Origin: Paraspadella gotoi
Taxonomy: Eukaryota; Animalia; Chaetognatha
Direction of reading: 5' to 3'
Assembly: GCA_051294375.1 (NCBI GenBank)
Contig: CM119263.1
Location: forward strand, 29,972,099-30,036,098
DNA length: 64,000 nucleotides
Made by a program: the position numbers and the translations under genes. Shown here piece by piece: positions 45,299-64,000 of the stretch. The notes beneath the pieces are model-generated. The model ran no database searches. It was not told the origin of the DNA and saw nothing but the letters and a program-made list of their open reading frames with translations. Numbering within the stretch: the stretch's first letter is position 1; each line of letters starts with the position of its first letter.

Positions 45299-48200
45299 TA
45301 AGGGCAGCGTCGAAATTTTCTATGCATCCAAGCAAACTGTTTAAGTCGCCATCTTTGTTAGTTATGCCTTTGTTTTGGAATTTTTTTTTTTGAATTTTTG
45401 TTTAATTCGATTTAGTTTTTGTTTGTTTTTTTATTCGATTTGAACAAAAGAGAACTTGATGTATATATAACGCGTTCGGATTTGAAGTAGAAAATTAAAG
45501 TTACGGAGAAAGAAGGAGGAGGAGGAAGAGGAAAGGAGGAGGAGCAGAAGCGATTTAGGAAGAAGAAGATAGATATTAAAAAGGAGACGATTGCTGATGG
45601 ATGCCTGAGCTAAGATGGTATCCGCGTTCGATTCCAGATGTCGTTGAAGGCAATATAAAAAGCAATTTCACGTGGACGAGTGTCCAGTGTCCTCGTTTGC
45701 CAGAATCTGATAATTAGCCGATGTCATAGACTATGTCCTCGTTCGCCAATCTCTGATGACAAATGTCCTCGACAAGAAAATCGCAAGAGTCGCGTCCAGT
45801 TGATCGTCCGGCCAGCCGCCTGTTATTTGTTGGCCTGCTTTATTGCCTGACGTTTGCTTCAATGAATCAGGAGTTGGCTCGTTTGTCGCTCAGCGCGTTG
45901 AAGGCGAAATCGTCGTTGCAATCCAGTCTCGCCGGTAGCAGGGAGAGGGGGAGTTCCTAAGAGAATACTCAGTTTTTTAGGAAATAAAAAATTGAGTATG
46001 TAAATTTTTCTATTAGTAATTTATGACCTCTGGAATTACAATATTGTCTTTATTTAATGCCAGTATTAATTTTTTTTGGTTAAACTTTTGAAGAAGCTTT
46101 TTTGAGTTACAACAAATTATTACTCAAGCATTTTCTACTAGTGAATATTTATTAAAACTGACACGAAAAAGAGATAGTCTTTCAAGTTTCCTTCTGAACC
46201 TGGAATGATTCATGAAAAGATAAATGGTCGTTAAAAAACAAAACCACGTCGTTACACATCGTAAGTTTTTATTTCTTTTTCAGTTACTCTTACCTCTTAA
46301 TCAATTTTTTTATATTTTTGCCTATCAGATTTTTTTGTCTTTTTTTTTTAAACCAGAAACGATGGTCAAGATTTCCACTACTTTTCCTTTTTTCTTTCTT
46401 TCCCTTTTTTTAATCTTTGACTGGTCAGACAGACAAATTTTTTTTCTATCTCTTTAAACACGCGATTAGGATATTTTTCATTTATAAGACAACGATTAAA
46501 GCGAAGGAACGGATTTTTTATTTATTAAGGGAGAGTGATGACGGTGAAGCGATTTTTAAATGAAAACGTATGACGACTGTGATTTCGAGGTGATACCGCA
46601 GTCTTGGGATACTCTGTTCTTTTTTATGAGTGTAAAGGATTACGAGATTAAAGACTTTTAAGAGTGATCAATTGAAAATGCTAATATAATGTTTAGATTT
46701 ATCGTATTCTTGGTTGGTGGAAATTGTATTGACGAAGATTCTTTCGATCGCAGAAATTATTAATCTAAACGATTCTGGATTATTAAAAAGTCGATGGTTT
46801 TTTGTTCCGGAATTTTCCTTTTTTTCTCCTTTTTTGCTGTGTGTAAGAAAGTTCCAAGTCTTAATGTGGTCGATTAGTCGCGGAGAAAAACAAAAGATAG
46901 GAAAATCGATAAAATGAGAAGAAAAAAGAAAAGATATTTTTACGACGTTTTTGTTTTCTCTTGTTTTGTTTTTGTTTTTTTCTTTTCCTTCCCTTGGACT
47001 TTTGTTTTTTCTTTTTCCGTTTTTTTTTTTTAGGTTTCAAGGTTTTCCGCTTGTGCGTTGCTCATTTATTTGTTCCGTCGGCGATCGAATCTTTCGCCGT
47101 TAGAGGGTCTCTCGAAAGTCGTTGTATTCCGGTTTCTAGACAAAACGTTTTTTCTTTTCTTGATGGAGGTTTGAGTCAACGTGATTGAAGAATTGCAAGT
47201 GCGCCCCTTGGAATTCTGGTCAAGGATGAGAAAAGACAGAAGGTGAAAAAAAAATCGTTTTTATGTCCTAAAATAGTTTGTTTTCTGTTTAAACTCTTAC
47301 AATAAACATTTTAAATTAACTTTTGCTTCTAAGAAATCGCTTCGACTGTTGTTTAACTTTAAGTCATTCAAAATTTTAAACATTCGTATACACTTACTAC
47401 ATTAATGATACATTAATATTACAGTGTCCAAATTCAGAAGCAAGATAGCTTATTTATTTATTTATTGAATTATTTATTGATACCTTTATATTCTAAAAAT
47501 AATTAGTACAATTTTCTAATACAGAAAGAGGATTTACTTACAGAATGTTGCCATTTATATCGCGCAGATTCTTGTATTTAGTAACAATTTTGACGTTTCA
47601 ATATCAGTTACAACTTTTTATTTGCTCGATTGAGTTAGAAAAACGTTAGAACGAAGCCGAATGCACACTTTTTTTTGTTTAGTAGTAAGTGTTTTTTATT
47701 AATTTTTTTCCCATCAGTTGTTCTTTTTTTTTAAAAGTTCTTGAAACTTGGTTGTGACACGAAAAAAAAAACAGCACCGCTAGAATGGATTTGGGGGAAA
47801 AAAGAGACTTGAATGGCTTCATGAGCGAATCGAGTCTTTATGGTGCAAAACAAAAATAATCTGGAGAGAGAATCGAGGGTCAAATATCAAAATTGGGCGG
47901 AAGTGGAAACGACGACGATTATGACGAGATGAGAAGCACGACGACGTCGATGTTGGCAGAATATTTTCACTACGACGATGACAACTCAAATGACTAATTG
48001 ATACTGACAGGGACATCATAGACGAGAGCGATGATGTTAATGACAATGATGGAGTATGATGATGATAATAACAATGATAGCGGTAGCTGCGACCAAATTC
48101 AAATTTTAATGGGAACAGCATAAACTAATCCATTATTGGTATTAATTATTGTATTAAAATATTTTTTGTTTTGCAAAATATCCGAACCATGAGTAATTCG

Positions 48201-50007
48201 CTAATTAATATTGCTATATATTGTCTATAATATTGCTATATTGCTATATAATGTTTTTAATTGATTCTGATAGAGCTTAAAAAGTTAAGCAAAAAATATA
48301 ATTACAACTTTTTAAAATTTTGATGTTTATACTTAAAATTAGTAAAAACTGCTAAAATCATCGGATGATGATGATGATGATTATCATCAAAATATTGATG
48401 GAAAAAAATTTTATAAGCTATCTGAATCTGCTTTTAAAAATAAAAAAAATTTAAAAAAATTTTGGACATTTCCTATCTATAAATAAATATTAAAAAATTA
48501 ATTACTAATGCTTCTAGCCATTTAAAAATTTTGGTCCATTGAAAGTTTTCTCAGAAATGTATGAAGTTTCATTTGGAAAGGTTCCCAAATCAAACTTCTG
48601 ACCCACCCAATTGACAAAGTTTGGCTCTAACAATGATGGAGAACAATGACAAGTATGATGATGATAATGACAATGATGGAGAACGATGACGAGTGCGATG
48701 ATGATGATGACAATGATGGAGAACGATGTCAAGTACGATGATGATAATGACAATGAGGAGAGCGAAGACGAGTACGATGATGACAATGACAAATGATGAT
48801 GATGCCAACAATGAATGACGATGATAGTGACGTTGACTATGACAATGAGATTTATAAAAAGCCAAGACGAAGAAGAAAAAAAAAAACTTGAAGAAAATGA
48901 GCGCAGGTTTAATACTTGACCTAATTTTAAAATAAATTACAGTCGGTTCTATGCAAAGACCCGGGACATTAATTTCAAACTTTAATTGTTAAGGAACGAA
49001 AACATTAAACAAGAGTTTATGATACGTGGAATACGACGACATCGATGAAGGAAGGGAACGATAAGACGATGACGACGATGACGGCGACGATGACGACGAC
49101 GATGACGACGATGACGATGTTGAAGACCATGACAGTAGGATGAGGAAGATGATCATAACGAAAGAACATGAACAAACATGAGATGATCCAAAAACGAAAA
49201 CCCCAAGGAAGGACGCCAAAAATGGAGGCGCAGACGATGGGGGGAAACATTTTATAAAATTTTATCAAATACATACATGATATTAATAATACTTAAAATT
49301 AATTTTAAATTATTACAAATAATAGATATTTTTTACAAATATATATACATTTTTTTTGTTGAGATGAGCTCAAACTAACAAATAATAAAACGAATAAAAT
49401 ATTTAAAATTAAATTATTTAAATTGAAACATTAAATATAGCTGATAGATCCAGTAGTAACTGTATCATCAACATATTTCAGAATAATATTAAAGTGACAT
49501 GTTACATTTTCATCATTTTTATACTTAATTCTTTATATTTTTAAACTAATAATATTTTGTTTTATTATTATTATTAATTATATTTAACATTTTAAGATAA
49601 ATGTTTAACCGAAAAAATTATATTACTATAATATGCAAATAAGATTAAAAGACTATATAATTAAAATTAATTTAAATTCTATTCGTTCATAAAATCAAAT
49701 GGTATTTAAAACATCTTACCTTTAACCTTCCGTCAGCGTCTGATCCAACGCCCCCTCCACACACAAAATAAAAGAAAAAAAAGAAAACGGGAAGCGGCGG
49801 AGTTATAAGAACTTAATGGAAAGTTATAGAAAGTTGGATAACGGAATCGGACATGGAAAGTCATGGTAAGTCGCGGGTAAGTCAGTCGGCGGCTGAGACC
49901 CAAGCCACTAGAGGGACCAAGTAGTTTTTTTCCTTTTTTCCGCATCTTAAATCTCGAATCTGGATATGAGTTTGAACTCTGGAGATTGGGAAAACGGTTA
50001 CGAGAAT

Positions 50008-50088
<81 letters not shown>

Positions 50089-50671
50089 TTCTCTAACAAT
50101 AAAAAGAAAGAACAATAAATGAAATATTTATGGTCATAAAATTCAAATGATTTCGCTGTTAATTTTTTTTTAAATCAGGAGCATTGTGGAGTATCCATTT
50201 TACTATAAAATGTGTACAACCAATATAAAATTATCCATTCATTTAATAAATAAGCTATCTTGCCCCTGACTTAGGATATTTGTTAACTAATTTTATAGCT
50301 AGTTGAGGGAATTATTTTGATTTAATCTATATACCATGAATTTCAATAAAGAATATTTTTTGTTAGCGAAAACTGTACCGGAACAGTAAAAAAAAATATT
50401 GAGTGCATCGTAATTAACCCACTAACTTAAATAAACTAATTTTAAATTTAGGCCAAAGTTCTTAGACTTAAAGGATGTGGTGGCCAAATCGAGAGAAATA
50501 ACAAAGACCGAACGGCTTAACGTCAAGANNNNNNNNNNATACTAAATCTACTTTTTTCCTTCTTTTTATCGGATCAAATGGTACGTGAGGAAAGGAAATA
50601 AAAGATTTAAAAATAAGAAATAAATAAAAAAATGAATAAAAAATTCTACTTTAAACTCAAGAAAAAACCTC

Positions 50672-50763
<92 letters not shown>

Positions 50764-52566
50764 TTCCCCCATCCCGCGACGAGCAGATTTTTAAGATGTT
50801 TATTTCTAAGAATTCCCTCCCCCCCACCGTACGAGGCTTTGAATCGCTTGGTCCGCGGGAACGAAAGCGACTCGCGGCTCGGTTGTCCAATGTTCCAGTC
50901 TGGAAGTCTGAAAAAAAGTTCCCTACCCCTAAGTCAATTTAACTATTCTTTCAAATAAAATAACCAAGTTCCACTGGAGGGTATCGTCTGTTTGTTTAAT
51001 AATCAGTTATATTCACAACAAAAATCAAATAAAATATTTATATCCTCACTTCCTTCCAGTAAAATAAAAAATAATAATAACAAAAACTCTAAACTTTTCG
51101 CTTTCCGCTCATAAAGTCGGACTTTGAATTACGTCGTTGTCATTCAAGACACATGACAAGTGTCATGTACGACAAAAAATTCTCTCAAAGGAACAATAAA
51201 CTGTTAAAAGAATAAGGAGGAGGAGGAGGAGGAGGAGGAGAAAGGGAAAGAAAAACTCTTTCTTCTCCCTCTCCCCCTCTTCCTCTTCCTCCTCCTCCCC
51301 TTTCCTTCGGGATTTTTTATCCCAAAAAATTCTTTTGTCACCTTTTGACCTTAAACTTATGAGTCTGACGAGAGAAAAGAAAAAGTGCGTTCGAAAAAAG
51401 ACTTTCGAGGTCACGACACTGTTTTCCGAAAGCGCTCAAATTTTGTTCCTAATTCCTAACCCAAAAACTTTTCAATAACCAAATCTTAATCTGAATCCCT
51501 AAACTTGCTACTTAATTTACCTAATCTTTCACCCAAAATGTTACCAATTATTAAATTTTACTTTAATCCCCGAACTTAATACCCTAATCAGACTCTAACC
51601 TAACTCTAATCTCATTCTCTAACCCAAAATTTTAAGCCCAAATGCTCATTCTTAATCAAATCTATTATGAGATCCTTTGCTAAACCCTTAACCCAAATCC
51701 ATAACTTTAGGTTAGTAGAATGACTTGATGCTCAAAACTAATAACTATTTTATNNNNNNNNNNNNNNNNNNNNNNNNNNNNNNNNNNNNNNNNNNNNNNN
51801 NNNNNNNNNNNNNNNNNNNNNNNNNNNNNNNNNNNNNNNNNNNNNNNNNNNNNNNNNNNNNNNNNNNNNNNNNNNNNNNNNNNNNNNNNTCTAAAATAGT
51901 ACGTCTTTGATTCATATCCAAAATTTATTTTAATTCAATCAAAACTGTTGAGAAGTTAGCTAAAACGTATCAAAATGAACAAATGAAGTCAAGCTTTACC
52001 CTAAAATAGTTAATAAAAATAACGTACTATATAAAAATTACCGATGAAAACAAGCTATTTAAACATTTTCTTCTTGTTAAACCAATCAGAACAACTGTTT
52101 AAACAATAAGAACCAAGCAAATTAATCCAATCGAATAATTACGAGTACATCGAAAACACAAAATGATATCATAAGTAACATTTCAATAAATAACTATTAA
52201 CTAATGTTAAGGTTCTAAATTAATTTAGTTTCATATTCACATTCGTTTGTTTTATACAAAGACATTAAAGAAATGAACTCGCTAATCAGACGTAGGAACG
52301 TCCAGAGGTCAGAATTATTAGCGGAATAATTTAATCTAATCTAAAACAGAATTTAATCCGAATTAAATCAAAATTTACAATTCATTCGTTTTTTTTTTCC
52401 TCCTCGCTTTGTGACCGTCGTCGTCGTCATTTTCGTCATTCTTTTGTCATCATTCTCTTCTTTGTCAGCGAGGATGTCATTTCTTTTTGATGCGTCTGTC
52501 TCGTCGTTATTGTTGTTGTTGTTTATTTGATTCTCTGTTGATGTCGTAATTGCTTCAGCTGTCGTT

Positions 52567-52624
<58 letters not shown>

Positions 52625-52894
52625 GGGGAAATTTGAAATTCTAACGAGAGGCGTCGTCGTCTTCGTCGTCGTCGTCTTTTAGACGGGGTGATTCATCCGA
52701 AAAAGGAATTGGAGATTTCAACATTGGAGGTAAGACGAGGATGAAGACGAAGATGATAACGACGAATAAGACGATGACGACGACGATAACAACGACGAAG
52801 ACGACTAAAAATACCATGACGATGACGACGAATACGTTGAAAAATGAAATGGATTTGACGATAGTGATGAAGATGACGATTTGGGTGATGATGT

Positions 52895-52934
<40 letters not shown>

Positions 52935-53097
52935 GAAGACATTGATAACGATGAATAAGACGATGACGACGAAGAAAATGAAATGGATTTGACGATGATG
53001 ATAATGATGATGATGACGATCATGATGATAAATATGACGATCATGATGATAAAGATGACGATAAGGATGATAATGATGATGACCACGATGATAATGA

Positions 53098-63011
<9,914 letters not shown>

Positions 63012-63145
63012 CTGGAAATAATATTATTAATAATTAATAAATAAATATTCTTTAAAAAATCTTTTACAATAGCTGTCAAGATACTGCTTTATGCCGTCGA
63101 GGTTTTAAGGGTTTACAATTCAAGAATGAAGAAATGAGAGAAGGA

Positions 63146-63160
63146 GTCGCCAATGGCAAC
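63146..63160. promoter_or_regulatory. RFX X-box-like palindrome upstream of the first recognised ferlin exon
   Basis: GTCGCC-AAT-GGCAAC fits the GTNRCC-N(0-3)-RGYAAC consensus. Confidence 0.4.
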
Positions 63161-64000
63161 GCGACAAACAAAAACGCAAACTAAACTAAATTGTTTTAGT
63201 ACGGAAGAATTCGATCGAAAATGATTTTTTCAATATTAAAATAAAAATTTTGTTATCAAATTCAATCGAATTCTCCTGGCAGAGTTAATGTAGTAGTTAG
63301 TATTTTATAAGACTGAAAAAAGACTTTGATACGTTTTGATAAAAGATTGAAAATTTTGGACAATCTTTGTCTGTTAATACAACAATAAGTACAACCGATT
63401 TTGATAACCGATTTTGATACTTTAACGATATCTTGAATATAGAATATATGACGTTTCATAGAATATTTGACGTTTCCGTCAGATGCTGGAGAAGAAATCT
63501 TCAGAATGCAGATTCACCACATCAATACTTTTTTTTATTCATCACCAACTAAATGTCTTGTAAATGTTTGTATGATTATCATAATAGTATAATTACTCTG
63601 GTGAATTTCTACGTCTTGGAAATAACAAAACAAATCTAAAAAAATAAAACTCTTTCTAACTTATAATATTTTTTAACGATTACTAATTTTAATCCTATTT
63701 CTCCAACTAATGCACTTTTTTTATTTATCTTTAAACGTAAAATATTTTTAACGATTACTAATTCTTATATTTCTCCAGCTAATTAATGTTTTTTTCATTT
63801 ACCTTGGGTTAATTTGGATTTTTTTATTTTGTTGTTTTTTTTTCTTCCTAGTTATCATTCAGTTAAATTTTTTTTTAAAATTTAGTATTTTTTTATTGAA
63901 GGTTTAGTATCATGTTAATGAAATGCAGTTACTACTGAAAATCTACGCGAATTATTAAAGATGGAATATAACCTATTATATTATTAAAATTTAAATTTAT

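Overview
This is AT-rich, microsatellite-rich, intron-containing animal genomic DNA, not prokaryotic. Most ORF-track entries are translations of simple repeats. By manual splicing (GT-AG, phase-checked) I recover five genes: a synaptotagmin-like gene (minus strand, runs off the left edge), a BACE-type membrane aspartic protease (plus), a C19orf81/DUF4732-like gene (minus), an unidentified Lys/Glu-rich gene with a 12-nt microexon and two candidate terminal exons (minus), and a type II otoferlin-like ferlin with one 3.7-kb exon (minus). About 19 kb (19399-38675) is repeated at 38705-57560 across a 25-N gap. Indels concentrate toward the gap, so this is most likely an uncollapsed assembly overlap. 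The most notable non-coding signals are a minimal Penelope-type hammerhead ribozyme lying sense in an intron (21423-21466), further degenerate hammerhead relics, and recurrent tandem repeats that copy the splice sites themselves. A tRNA-like SINE, a hAT-type MITE and RFX X-boxes are also present. All homology calls are from motif recognition; no database search was run.
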